NCBI GenBank assembly: GCA_965287045.1 | Contig: OZ336885.1 | Coordinates: 65,658,001 to 65,722,000 of the forward strand | Direction: 5' to 3' | Source: Carcharhinus amblyrhynchos | Taxonomy: Eukaryota | DNA: 64,000 bases | Part shown: positions 1-12,542 of the stretch, piece after piece | Numbering within the stretch: position 1 is the first letter of the stretch | How the letters are laid out: every line of letters starts with the position of its first letter | Made by a program: the position numbers and the translations under genes | Notes under the pieces: model-generated | Database searches by the model: none | The model's input: the letters and a program-made list of their open reading frames with translations, nothing else | Told to the model about the DNA's origin: nothing

Positions 1-1062
1 GTTAATGTATTGTGACCTCAAATGACCCAACGGTACCCGACGATTGGCTGACTGTCATGCATCATCATGTCACCATTGGCGCAGTTGTCATTTACCATTA
101 TCAATGTATAATGCAACTTCGGTCTCTTATTTATCTTAACTACGATGAACCATATAATTATGACTACGTTTATTTTACTCGGTAGAACTTACAAAGACAA
201 AGGATGGTACGGAAGGATATTTAATGATGTATTTGAATGTGTGCCTTGTCGAATATGACGTGTTGTTTCGTTCAACAATTCCACCACCTTCACAATCCAA
301 TTCAAAATAATTTGATGTGTCTATATAATAATTACTTGTGCAAGAAGAGGGGTGATGATCTTATATTCCCCCAAGGAATGTGAAGAAACTTTTAAATTTA
401 AAGGGCTGGAAAAAATAGCCCGGTGACATTCTGGTTGATGAGAAAATGCCAAATCTCTTTGAAGAGCTTACTTGCGTGGGGCAAGTTCAGTAGTGTGCCA
501 TGGAGACTAGGCAAAAATGTTAGAATTTTTAGATAAACAGTGATGCGTCAACTTTGATGGTGAGAGGTGTGGAGTGATATGGTTGGCTGGAGAACTTCCC
601 GTCAGGCTGGTAATACATGGTAATCAGGGTGCCAACAGTCGTTCTCCATTGTAAAACCTGTCGGCAGAGAGTCCAGCGAAAATTGATGATGTGGTGGCAG
701 GATTAATAGAGAAATGATATTGTCCAGGTGAACTGTTTATCTTGACTGGCGATACAGCTGGATCACAGGAGGGAGTGATCCCTGGTGTGGTTGAAAAAAC
801 TGTGGAAAATAAAACAATTGAGTTGTTAAATGACTCACATTTTGCGCTTGTTCCTGACTGTGTGATAGCAAAGAGTGAAGATGAAGGCGAAGTTCATTTT
901 GAGAATGCATTTCTGATCAGAGAGTTGGAAAAGGAGACAGGTGCAGGACGATGTGGACCTTTTTTTTATTTACAACAACTTAGAAGAAATACAAGATTAA
1001 CATATAGAGATAAAACGTCTATGTGCACACCGGAATGTTATTACCTTAAAATTATGTTTTAA
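1..1062 (+). pseudogene. Decayed Schlafen (group III)-like SF1 helicase C-terminal half, truncated by the window start
   Basis: Frame 1 reads through several stops as ...LFILTTMNHIIM..NDVFECVPCRI..HGNQG(29 aa)YCPGELFIL..VHFENAFLIRELEKETGAG..SMCTPECYYLKIMF*. This is colinear with recalled SLFN11 motifs LNLLTAQQYEIF / NVFHCEAHRI / QGVQG(28 aa)YSPKDVAVL / IVLDSVRRFSGLERSIVFG / CLASRAKQHLYIF. Multiple in-frame stops; Walker A not intact. By-eye alignment only. Confidence 0.5.
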
Positions 1063-2758
1063 TTAATACATTGAAACATTTCCACAGTTGGGCAGATGAG
1101 CAATCGGCCAACGTTCATTAAGTGATATTACTAGTGTGTTATGTTTCGCGGCTAGTCCCTTAGGTGGCAGTGAGAAGTCTTTTGGGAGTACGCATTCAAA
1201 CTAAAAATTATATTCGCCTTGGCTGCGTGAAGATGTGATTGATTTCCTTTCCATTCACAACATTCATACAAACTATTACAAAACCTCGAATCGTGGCAAA
1301 ATCTGTACACCTATTAGATATTCTAGTATTCGAGGAACCCTTTGAGCAAATTCTTATTTGGTTTTGTAGAAGAGCGCTCTGAAACAACGTGTGGAAATCA
1401 ATATCTACTGACCACGACGCAAGTATCTGCTAGAACTCCAAATGTTATTGCATTGCAATTGCACAGCTTTAATTAATTTCGAGGAGTTAATGGCCGGGTT
1501 TAATAAATTATGAGCCACAGTTACGTGTTGGTAATCAAGGAAGTTCTGGCGCATCTGTGCTGAAAGAACGCCAGTTCCGAACCTCTGAGGTTCTGAAAGC
1601 TGGAGGTCCTGAAATCCCAGCCACTGTCCTTACGTATTTACACTGTTGTGCTTTGGCCAGCTGCTGCTCATAGAGGTAGCAGAAATTATTTTGGGTGTTT
1701 TTTCTTGTGTGTGTGTATTATTTTAAAATTTGTTTCAGGTATATGTAAACAAAGATGAGATATTTTGCTTCAACTTTATCGTGACAACTAATTCTAGTAA
1801 AAAAAAGTTTGATCATGCGTATGATAGTCACAAGCGTCTGGGATGAATTAAAAAATGAGTTTGCACTATACATTAAGCGGTGTTAAACCCTTGTTTTGGA
1901 GCTACTCTACTGCAACTTTTATCCTTGTGTAATTTGGCTAGTTCAAATGCTTCAGGAAATTGTACCCTTAACGTGGCAATTGCAAGTCCCCTGAAAGCTG
2001 ACGTGAAACATGTGTTGCAGAGTGCAGTCAAGCTCGACAATCTCGAGGCATTGCCACCCACAGTTGCGACATCTCGCTTGCATCTGATTCTTAACGGAAG
2101 TTGCTTTTAATCCATTGAGGTCAGCATAAAGGGCCAGGCTACGTATAAAACCTAAACCCTTCGCTATTTATTTCCCAATCCGCATCCCATTCTTCCACCA
2201 ATTTTTCCTCTCGCCCCACACTCGCTTTCCGAACTTCACCTCATTACAACAATTCCTCTTCTCTCTGAGAACAAGGAAAATAACAGTAGAGCAGAAGAAC
2301 AGGCCATCTAACACCAAATCTGTTCCCTCGCAGATGTCTTACGAATCAAATATTTTCTTGCCTCTGTGGTGTCTATGTCCCTCTATTTCCCGGCTCATCA
2401 GACATCTATTTCGGTACGTCTTGAATATTGATATACAATCTGCTTCCAGCACCTCCGCTGGCAGCACATCCCAGGCAGCCACCACTTTCTGCTTGAAAAA
2501 AACCCCTCTTGCATCTTGTTCTAACTTTTTCATCGCGCTTTCAACCAAAGACCCGGGTAATTAACCTTCTTGTTTTGGAAAAATGAACTCTGACCGAACA
2601 TGTCATTAATATCAAACCTATAACAGGTCGCACTTCGGGCACGACGTTCCAATGAAACAACAACAACAACAAAATATAAGTTGTTCAGACCATCCTCACA
2701 CCATGCAACATGTTTTGAAAACTCTACTGAACTTTTTCCAATGTATTAGAAATCTTCC

Positions 2759-3019
2759 TGATGTGGGTATGCCGGCGTTGGACTCGCGTAAACACAGTAA
2801 AAAGTCTGACAACACCAGGTTTTAGTCCAACCTATTTATTTGATAATATTTTACTTGATGTCTGTGTCGATATGCTCTAAACTGTCTGTGCTTTATATGC
2901 TCTGTCTGAGGCCAGAACTCTCCATTCACCTGACGAAGAGGGTAACCCCTCGAAAGCTTGTGAGAATATTATCAAATAAATAGGTTGGACTAAAACCTGG
3001 TGTTGTCAGACTTTTTACT
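2759..3019. mobile_element. Short Penelope-like element (pLTR fragment with inverted arm) flanked by a 12-13 bp target-site duplication
   Basis: Perfect 55-bp inverted repeat (2796-2850 / 2965-3019); TTAGAAATCTTCC at 2746-2758 and 3019-3031; internal hammerhead core; similar to the pLTR at 16940-17390. Confidence 0.85.
2926..2963 (+). ncRNA. Minimal type I hammerhead ribozyme of Penelope pLTR
   Basis: tcac-CTGACGA-a-gaggg-taac-ccctc-GAAA-GCT-T-gtga: stem I tcac/gtga, stem II gaggg/ccctc, palindromic AGCT stem III. Confidence 0.75.
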
Positions 3020-4374
3020 TAGAAATCTTCCAGCAGCGTGCCAACCTAGAATTGTCCGCAATAGCCTACATGCGGAGAAGCGAAAGACTCACACTGTGTC
3101 ATGATTTTGTAATCCCAATCCTGAATGTTCCGATGAAGGTCAGCCACTTCCCTCCATTACCAGCTGCCCACATAATCTGAAATCTTTAGAGCATTGTTTG
3201 TCTGCGTGCTTGGATCGCTTTTTATGCTAATATTTCTAAGGCCTCCATCACTTAATGCTGACTTTCCTTCTGTGGTTGACTTTCCTAATCTCATTTGTGC
3301 AGGTCAAGTTCCATCTGTCGTCATTCGGCTTAATTCTCCAGCTAATTTATTTCATGGTGTATCTTCAAGCAATCATTCTCACTAACCCCTTCTCTCTCAA
3401 TTGTTATCATCTGCAAATTTACTAATCAGACCAATTACATTTCTGGTATGATGATACTAGTGTTGTATCCATCTTGCAAACTCACCTTGTATACCATCTG
3501 TATCAGTCTGCCAACAGGAACATGACAAAAGGCATTAACTGGGCCATGCACACCACATCCACTGCGCTGCCCTGGTCATTGTTTCTTGTCACGTCCTCAA
3601 CTATTTCAAGCTTTTTTTGTGATAAAAGACCTCCCTTTCAGGAAGCCATGCTGAATATCGCTGAAACTTCTGTTCCCTTCCAGATGTGCAGTTTTGAAGA
3701 ATTTTTTGAAGATTTTTTTTGAAGAATTTGCTTCAATAATTTCCCAACCACTTTCGTAATCCGAAATATCTCTTCTGTCCTTTTTAAACAGAGGAACGTT
3801 ATTAGCTAATCTTCAATAATCTGGGATCTCGCCCCTGGCAATGGTGAATGCAAAGATTTTGGACAAGGCCGTAGAAGTATATTGGCTCACCTCTTTTAGT
3901 ATACTTGGATCGACCTTATCTGGCCCCGTGGACTATTCCATTTTAACGCTTATTTTATCAAAACCGTCAATACATCCTTTGCTTTCATCTATACATTTCC
4001 TGAAAAGCCAGCGTCATACTTGCTTTACTCAGCATCCGATACATCCTTCTCATTTGTGAATACTTATGCAAGGTATTTTTTAAGGACCTCACACGCCTCA
4101 TCTCATTCCAAACATAATTCTACCACCCCGCCACCCCGCCTCCCTCACGCCAACTCCACCCCCCCACCCCCACCCACCTACTCTCTTGCAAAGATCTACC
4201 CGTTCCTCAGCTACCCTGTTCCTCACTATATGTGCATTAAAAACCTTAGGATTATCAATAATCGTGCCTGCCAGTGAGATTTCATTGTGCCTTTTGGCCT
4301 CTTAAGTCCCTCTTTAAGGTATTGTCTTCAATCTTCGTATCCTTTAAGAGTGTTTCCCGGATTCCGTTTTCTGA

Positions 4375-5297
4375 AATTTGTGCGGAGGGTGTGGAGAGTA
4401 TACAGAAGGATCTAGATAGGCTGGGCGAATGGGCCAGGAAATGGCAAGTGGAATTTAATGTTGGCAAGTGCGAGGTGGTCCACTTTGGTAGGAATAATGG
4501 CAGGAAGGATTATTACTTACGTGGCGAAAACTTGCAGCAGGCGACGGTGCAGAGGGACCTTGGGGTCCTTCTGCATGAGTCGCAAAAACCCAGCTTGCAG
4601 ATGCAGCAGGTGGTCAGGAAGGCAAATGGGATGCTGGCCTTCATAGCGAGGGGGATTGAATATAAAAGTAGGGAGGTCTTGCTGCGGCTGTATAGGGCAT
4701 TGGTGAGGCCGCAGCTGGATTACTGTGTGCAGTTTTGGGCGCCGTACTTACGCAAGGGTATTTTGGCCTTGGAGGGAGTGCAGAGGAGGTTTACAAGGCT
4801 GATGCCGGAGTTGAGGGGGTTGAGCTATGAGGAGAGGTTGAATAAACTAGGCTTGTACTCGTTAGAGTTTAGAAGAATGAGGGGAGATCTCATTGAGACG
4901 TATAAGATGATGAATGGGATGGATAGGATAGAGGTGGAGAGACTCTTCCCGCTCTGAACGGATAGTAGGACTCGGGGGCACAGCCTCAAGATAAGATGGG
5001 GGGGGGGGCTGTTTAGAACGGAGTTGAGGAGGAACTTCTTCACTCAAAGGGTGGTGAATCTCTGGAATTCTCTGCCCGTTGAAGTGGTAGAGGCTACCTC
5101 GCTAAATATTTTTAAGACGCGGGTTGATGGGTTTTTGATAAGAGAAGGGATTAAGGGTTATGGGGAGAGGGCGGGAAAGTGGAACTGAGCCACGACAGAT
5201 CAGCCATGATCATATTGAATGACGGGGCAGGCTCGAGGGGCTAGATGGCCTACTCCTGCTCCTATTTCTTAAGTTCTTATGTTCTTATTATGTTCTT
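4375..5297 (+). mobile_element. Young 5'-truncated CR1/HER1 LINE (RT C-terminal part plus 3' UTR)
   Basis: ORF 4274-4957 contains QKDLDRLGEWARKWQVEFNVGKC..RDLGV..LYRALVRPQLDYCVQFWAP; (TTCTTATG)n-like tail at about 5265-5297; near-identical to the copy at 28880-30372. Confidence 0.97.
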
Positions 5298-6149
5298 AAA
5301 CTCACAATTTCACTTGTAATCCATAATTTCCGTACCTTGCCATCTTTATCCTTCATTTTCGCATGGATATACTTGTCCTGAATTGTTTATAACCGGCTGT
5401 TCAAAGGTTACCCTTTATCGTATATAGATTTATCCTGAAACAGCCGACCACAGTTTACATTCCCTAATTCCTGCCGACGTCTGTCGTAGTCTGTATTTCC
5501 GCCAATGCAGTACTTTCAACTCGGACTACTGATATCGTTTGCAGCAATTATCTTGAAAAGGACACAATTGTAATCACTGCTCATAAAATGTCGCCACACC
5601 CAGATATCAATCACCTGTGCGGTCTTTTTTTCCCCAGAACCAGGTCAAAGATATCACATCCGAGGTTGTACGATCTGTCCAGCTGAAGAAACACTCTTGC
5701 ACACACTGAACAGTTTTTGACCCATCAATGCTCCTGGCAATAAAGGAATGCCAGTCTATGTTGGGGAAGTTAAAATCGCCTCTCCCAAGAGCCATATTGC
5801 TTCCTTCAATGAAAATCTCATGATGCACTCACATGCCAGCTCTGTCGCCTCACGGTAGCTGCTGAGAAGTCTGGAGCACAACCCGAGCAGTGTGGCTGTA
5901 CCGCTCCTGCTCCTGAGTTCATCCAATATGGTCTCCCAGCTTGTACTCCCGAACTTGTCCTCACTCTGCATAATTCTGACGTTCAGTAAAACAGCATACC
6001 TGCCTTTTCGGTCATGTGCAAGACGTGTGTTCGCCTACAGGTCCTGGTGTACCATTTGAAGCGGATGGATTCACTCTGGAGATTCTGTGATGGTGAGCTA
6101 GTTGTGAATATTACGGTGCGCGTGTTGGTCACGCCACATATAAAAAATA

Positions 6150-6600
6150 CTGACGGAGATAGGATTGGGTGAGCAGCAGATAGAGCAACAGTAAGAAGGC
6201 ATTGAAGTCGAGACCTGTGGTCCTCTTCCTCCAGAAATGATCTACCATTTCGGACAATGTTTGGGGGACTAGCTCACCACGGGAAGATAGCAGAAGCTTC
6301 TGATGCAATTGAGGACATGGAAAATTGTAGCAGAGCTATGGTGATAGGGTACTCTATTGTAAAGTGAATGGACAGGAGTTTTGGTGGACGAAAACAGGCT
6401 CCTAGGATAGTATGTTGCTTCCCTGATGCAAGGGTCCAGGATGTCTTGGCGAGGCTGCAGAGCCTTCAGGAGAGTAAGAGTGAACACCCAGCTGTTCTGA
6501 AGCATATCGCCATCAAAGATATGGTCAAAAATGGATCCAATCCAATCAGCTGCATTCAGAGGGTTAGGAGTTAAACTGAATTTTTTCGTCAATGTACACC
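6150..6600 (+). mobile_element. CR1 ORF1 (SGNH esterase-like) fragment
   Basis: DRSFGGRKQAPRIVCCFPDARVQDV matches the CR1 ORF1 motif VCCLPGARVxDV. Confidence 0.7.
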
Positions 6601-9600
6601 TAAATTGTTTTAAAAAGAGTTCCGCAGGGCACTGAGCAATCAATGAAGGAATCCATATTGCCTCAAGTCTGAAATTTTAAAACATTGAAAGGTAAGGGCA
6701 AAATATAATTCCCATTCATCAGTTATCCTTGTAATTCTAGCTAAATGATTGTCTGATTTGAAAGTTCCTGTCAAGAAGCTAAGCTGAAGTCCTGTACTAC
6801 ACCTTGAAAAATTAGAACCAATCATTAAGATACCTTGCAGAGGGAAATAAACAAAAAAAAACCTGAAATTCTTATCAAAATCTCATCAAGAGATATGTAG
6901 AAATAAGGTGGGAATTACTGCCACATTTCTACATGATAGAGATGTTATTTCTTGTTGACATAATATTCCCAGATTCGCAGGTGTCCAGAAGAGGAAGCTG
7001 CCAATTAATCGGTTTTAAATGCAGCAGCTGAAAATTTCCTTCGGTCATGTAAATCTGGTGTGGGTGGAGAAGAAGAAAGTGTTAATTAGCAATAAATGAA
7101 GAAAGGCATGAGCAAGTTTGGAGACACATACCTAATGGTTTTCCCGTCTGCTCTTGAATTGCTGAAATAACCCGGACATAAATAGAACGATTGTTAAACA
7201 CCTTGTTTTTAAATTGCTCCAAGATGTTATTCCACCCTTCCACTTTACTTTTCTCCAGCTCTACAGAACCATCTGAGGGAAGGAGTAGATAGATAAGTCA
7301 AATCATATGTACGATCTCAAAATGGAGATTGACGACTAGGTGTGCGCTACTCCGCCAGATCACAGAAAAAAAAAGACCAACAATATGAAAAAGTGATTGT
7401 TTGCCGAAACCGTACCATTATTTGAAGTAAAATGTCTGGAACATGGACCTGTTCGGTTTCTACAGACGTTAATGCCCACTGAAGCAGTACTACTCATGCG
7501 TGTGTTCTAGAAAATTCTGGTTGTTTCTGCAACAATAAGTGTGACAGTGGTCTCTATGCAGTGGGTTGCACCGCATGGCGACAACAACGACGACAATCTA
7601 CCATGCGTCTCTGAGAAGAACGTGCAGAATGCGGTTCTGCAGATCCAGAGCGATCAAATGAGTCAGACTTCATGACAATTCTTTAAGTGCAATTGACATA
7701 TATTATGGACTTGAGATTGTTACCTTCCTGAATGACCCTCACTAAAAATGTGAGATTATATCTTCCTTATCTCTTCCTTATCCAGCCTCGTTGTGTGAGT
7801 CCATTACCAGAGTTAATTAATGACCGCGACAACGGAAATGAGATTATATTTGGAATGAATACAGAATGAAGTTTAAAGGAACATTTTTGAACTGAACGAA
7901 GAATGAAGCTGAATAGTAGCGTGTCAAGGAAAGGAAGAAGAAAACTGGATAGCGGAAGACAAGGGCCGAAACGGACTTTACTGTCGTTATATTTGCATGT
8001 TTTGATGTTATAAAATGTGTCCATATCTATTGTAGATTATTAGTATTGTGAACAAAAAAGGTTTTGTAAGTAAGCGCCATTGTTGAATATTGATTGTTCT
8101 TTTTTTTCTTCTTCAGGAGTAAGGTGTGATGACACTATGCCCATAAGGAATGAGCTTAACCCATGCTTTTCTGCAGTCCTGATAATATTTTATCACAGTG
8201 TTCTATGAAGCCAACATACTTCTTTGCTGGTCAGGAAGTATAACTGGCTTCATATTTATTTGCAATGATAAATAACGTGGTGATCTCTGATTTTAATGTC
8301 TCCCTGGGATTGCTCAGTGGAACTTGATCGGAGTTGACTGACTGTTCTTGGCATGTGGCTTGGGGTACGTATGCTTCACAGAAAAGTTCAGTTTCTGGTA
8401 GTTCAGGTGAATGATACATTGAATGAAACTATTGAATCTTACCATTGACAAACTCAAATGTAGAACTGAATCTCGAGTCTAATTTCCCTCCGTACCGTGG
8501 TATTTATAACCTGTGCTCAACACTTCAGTATTTGCATTTAGTTCCATGCTTGAAATCATTTGTTGACTTATTCACGAAGCACATTTATTACTGGAAATTT
8601 GCAATAGGACAAAGCAATCAACTCAGTTTCAACATTGCGTACATGTTGTGATTGTTCAGTCACTCCATTTCGCAAATGTTTTCCTATAATCGTTCCGCTT
8701 GAGTAGATTACATACAAAAACAGACAGCCTCCTCATCCCCACGACGTAATGTATTATTCACTCACATATGGAGCAATGAAATTGAAGCCGTCAAGATGTC
8801 AATGTTTTGAAAGTTAACTAATGTGGTACTGGATGTCATCGCATGCCGAATTCCTTTGCTATGAAATGCTACATAGACCAGTACGTGCAGCATTTTTACT
8901 TTGTAATTTTGTCTCTTAATCTTGCTTGTAACGTGCCATCTTATTTACACGCCATCTTATTTCGTTTGACAGAACATAAAATGATGAATGATTCTGTTTC
9001 CACAAAAAGAACATTGGTTGTGAAGTGCAGCTTCTAGTCCCTGAATCAATAGCAGTTCTAAAACAATGTCGCTTGGTTGGCAAATTCCAGTTCAAAATCA
9101 GACACCAGGCTGAATGTACTGCAAAGCTGAATTTCACGCATCCTTGGTAAATTCATCACGTCCTCTGATCAGTTTTGAAATTCAAAGCCGAAACTTGTTT
9201 TCCCCTTTGATCATGTGGAAGTTAGTGCACTGGTAAAATGGCCGGTAAAAATTAAATCAGTGACGGTTCAACGTTTGAATTGACAATGGGATGGGAACGA
9301 CGATTTATTTCAGGCTATGAATTTTTCTAATATCTGGGGAATGAAATGTCATGTTACTCACAAATTGTCATCAATGTAGAGGACAATAGACACTGGCGAA
9401 ATTCAGGAAATGCATTTGGGCGGTGGATTTGACCAGGGATGCCGGCAAAAATATTGTTTTGAATGGGACATGCTTTGTAAACCACTGTTCGTACTCTGGA
9501 GATGGAAGGAAGAAGTAGATATAATTATTAATGTCAATGCGTTCAACAAGGAGACTACAAAATAGTTATGAACGTGTGACGATATAAAACATTTGAAGAC

Positions 9601-10180
9601 AAAATTCGAGAGCGAGTGCTCGGAATTTTCACAGTTACGTCTGGAAACAACTTGGTTTTACTAAAACGAAACTGGAGTCAGTGGTTCAAACTCATTTGAC
9701 TCCAAGACACAGCAAAGCTGTTAAGTCTGAACACCCCCATGTAATAGCAAAATGGGACCCGGTTTAATTCACCAGATCAGTGCAGGCAGAATAAAAATGT
9801 TCTGTAAATGCTGCTCTTATAGTCATCACATACATGCAATGGATGCACCAAACAAAATCACCGTAGCGATCCGCTCATTTTACGCAGCGAGTTTTCCCTG
9901 TGTTTCTTATACGACCAGTGTTTATCTCTTAAAATCCTTCACGAAATGACTCCACGTGAATAATACATTTTGACATGGAAAAAGTTAATTCCAATGTAAG
10001 GTAAGTAGAAATATTATAACAATTAATTCATAAGCAGTGCTCTCTGAAAAGAAAAAAATGCAAAAGAAAACATATTAGGACGTTTTCCCACTTTACACGC
10101 CCATGAAATGTGGCGTCCTTTTTTTTATCATTTATTTGCATTATACCATGAAACGTATGTGTTTTTTTTATATTAGTTAG

Positions 10181-10506
10181 CATTGCCTGAGCAGTGCTAC
10201 CACGTTGTAAATTCTGATATTTATATATACATATTTAACCAACTGCAATAATTCGGGCAGGGCAGCGGGACAATCGTATCACAAGTTTTAAAGTCAGTTT
10301 TACAGTCTGGACAATAACACGTTTCTTTGAGCGTGGAGTCCAGATGGAGTACCGACTTGCAATAAATAAGTCTGCCTCCTTCGTTATAGTCAGCCTGAGG
10401 GTTTATGTCTGCGAGATCAGTGCATCGAAAGGCCGTTCGTGTGAAGACGATAAGCAAACAGACGAATTAAGTCCCTGCCGGCAATGACAAGGAATGCTAT
10501 ATCCAG
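10181..10506 (+). pseudogene. Decayed VJ-type immunoglobulin V-set exon (NKp30/CD28-like architecture)
   Basis: One frame reads PTAIIRAGQ..FTVWT..EYRLAINKSASFVIVSLRVYVCEISASKG..CRQ*QGMLYP and ends at a phase-1 donor CCAG|GTCAGT (10506). YxC at 10404-10412; TGA at 10485 falls at the first Gly of a GxG J-like motif. B-strand Cys and DxG are missing. Confidence 0.4.
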
Positions 10507-10551
10507 GTCAGTTCATGTGAAAATATATATTTTGCAGAATTATTCCCTTTC

Positions 10552-10850
10552 TGTGACACAGTTTCACAGTGGGTTACCACTGCTGCTTCACAGCGCCAGG
10601 GACCCTGGTCCAATTCCCGGCCTGGTCACTGTCTATGTGGTACCTACGTGTGCTCTCCATGTCTGTGTGGGGCTGCTCCAATTTATTCCACAAGCCAAAC
10701 GACATGCTGCGTCCGTGCACTGGCCATGCTTAAATTTTCTCTTAGAGTACACGAACAGACGCTGGAGGGTGGCGACTGGAGGGATTGACAGTAAATTCAT
10801 TACAGCGTTTGTATGAGCCCACTTGTCACACTAATAAACAAACATTAAAC
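10552..10850 (+). mobile_element. HE1-like tRNA-derived V-SINE
   Basis: Head ...actgctgcttcacagcgccagggaccctggtccaattcccgg and V-domain-like gtctgtgtggg..., A-rich tail. Confidence 0.85.
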
Positions 10851-11243
10851 CTTAGTCACAAGTGACATATGTTTTTAATTCTGCATGTTCTTATGTTCTT
10901 ATGTACATGTTCAGCACTGCTGACATTTACGTATTTGTGTGCCTGCTGGAAACGATTCCGACACAGTGAAGTTTACACATATCAATCCTATTTATTTTAG
11001 TTTTTTTTAATATCCTGTGCATAACTTACCCTCCGAATATCTTTTTTTTGTTTATGTTTTCAATCATTCTGAATTTGAAACTGTTAATACCTTCACGTAA
11101 AGGACAGTTCACACCCTGTAAAATTGTTGTTAACCTATTTTGCAACTTCACATAAGTTTGTGCTCCACACTGGATTTCAAAATTCTTTCAAAATTATCTT
11201 TGGGCAGAGTGACACCAGAAACGTTAATTCATTATTGTCAAAG

Positions 11244-11340
11244 TTCAGGATGCGAACGCAGGACCAGCTCTGAAACTTATAATTCGCTATGGGTTGTTAG
11301 TCTTTGTGTTAAAATCAGATTGCTGTCCACGTCAACGTGG
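11244..11340 (+). pseudogene. Putative transmembrane exon with intramembrane Arg, frameshifted
   Basis: Phase-1 acceptor TTGTCAAAG| then (V)QDANAGPALKLIIRYGLLVFVL; resembles the recalled NKp30 TM LLLRAGF. 3' end uncertain. Confidence 0.3.
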
Positions 11341-12225
11341 AGAGAAGTCTCTTTTCATCTGCCATCATGGCAACTTGACAATTTGACCATTTTGTTTATG
11401 AGCAGTGGTCTATTAAATTTCGAAGCAAAGTTTAAATACAATGAAGAAAACAAAACGTTGTTTTTCTTGCGAGCAAGAATTTGAGAGCAACGTTTGTTTT
11501 GTAGGTAGTACCATTAAGGTAACCATAAATCCAAATGTTCATACTGTGCAACCCAGGCAAATTAAACATCGAAATTAGACACCAATCATATATTGCTTGT
11601 CAGCACTGGCTTTGGCAGTATTGCGAATTTCAGTGTGTTATCGTAAAATAAAGTGAGGAAACAACTCGCAGATGATGTTAAATAAGGTCTAAACAGATCG
11701 CAATCTGGCCGTTCATGGTGAAGTGCGCGATCTTATTTATACACCTTTGTAGTGCATGCCCAGTTGGGGGCCTAGATGTTTAAAAAAATGTTGAAGGTCT
11801 GATGAAGTTCTGAAGCAAGGCGAAGGGATTATTTCAACACAGGGCGGACATTGCCGTGCATGACTAATTCTGGCAGTCCGGGAAGATCGCCATGACAGTC
11901 ATCAAAAGTAAAGATTTGAGGCACTTTACAATAGAACAGAGTTCACGATTAACTTAAACTATTCAGATGATGAGTGTTGAGTCAAAAACGAATTAACGTT
12001 ATCGAATATTAATGGCAGAGGACAAGAGGTTCAAGAACATCACGATTCAAACAGTCATATTGAAGCAAAATTCTCAGGTGTAAATATGTGTGGTCTTCGT
12101 GATCCTGCAAGTAGTAGCGAAAGATTCACTTAATGACCACGTTTCCCATCGTGTTAGATAGTACTACTTTGATTTGTTGTAGACATGCTACGAGAGATAC
12201 TGCGCTAAGCAAATCATGGAAAACC

Positions 12226-12542
12226 TTAGAATCTTACAGTAATGAAGGAGGTCATCCGGCCCATCGGGTCTGCACCGACAACAATTGCACCATGCCCTAT
12301 CCCCATAACCCTATGCGTTTTCCCTAGCTAATCCCATTGACCTTGAGGGGACATTTAGTCTGGCCAATGCACGTAAACTACACATCTTTGGACTGAGGGA
12401 AACTGGAGCACCCACTGGAAAGCCACGCAAACACAAGGAGAATGTGCAAACTGCACACAGACAGTGACGCAAGCCGGGAATCGAACACGGGTCGTTGGTG
12501 CTGCGAGGTGGCACTGCTAACCGCTGTGCCACCATGCCGCCC
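12226..12542 (-). mobile_element. HE1 V-SINE
   Basis: Reverse complement gggcggcatggtggcacagcggttagcagtgcc..cacagtccaaagatgtg-like body, CR1-type tail. Confidence 0.9.

Larger units (their letters stand above)
2280..5990 (-). mobile_element. Old, degenerate CR1-type LINE (3' end near 2280, endonuclease region near 5600-5990), interrupted by two younger insertions
   Basis: Minus-strand fragments FFKQKVVAAWDVLPAEVLEA (CR1 ORF2 C-terminus) and GDFNFPNIDW..VQECF (APE endonuclease); many frameshifts. Confidence 0.8.

Noticed and set aside
4274-4957. 227-aa ORF as a host gene
   Set aside because: It is a chimera of old antisense CR1 sequence and a young CR1 RT fragment.
10885-10905. (TTCTTATG)n short repeat
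   Set aside because: It is an orphan CR1 tail octamer, not a separate system.
11505-11518. 14-nt AG..GT micro-exon candidate
   Set aside because: It is not symmetric and has no supporting context.
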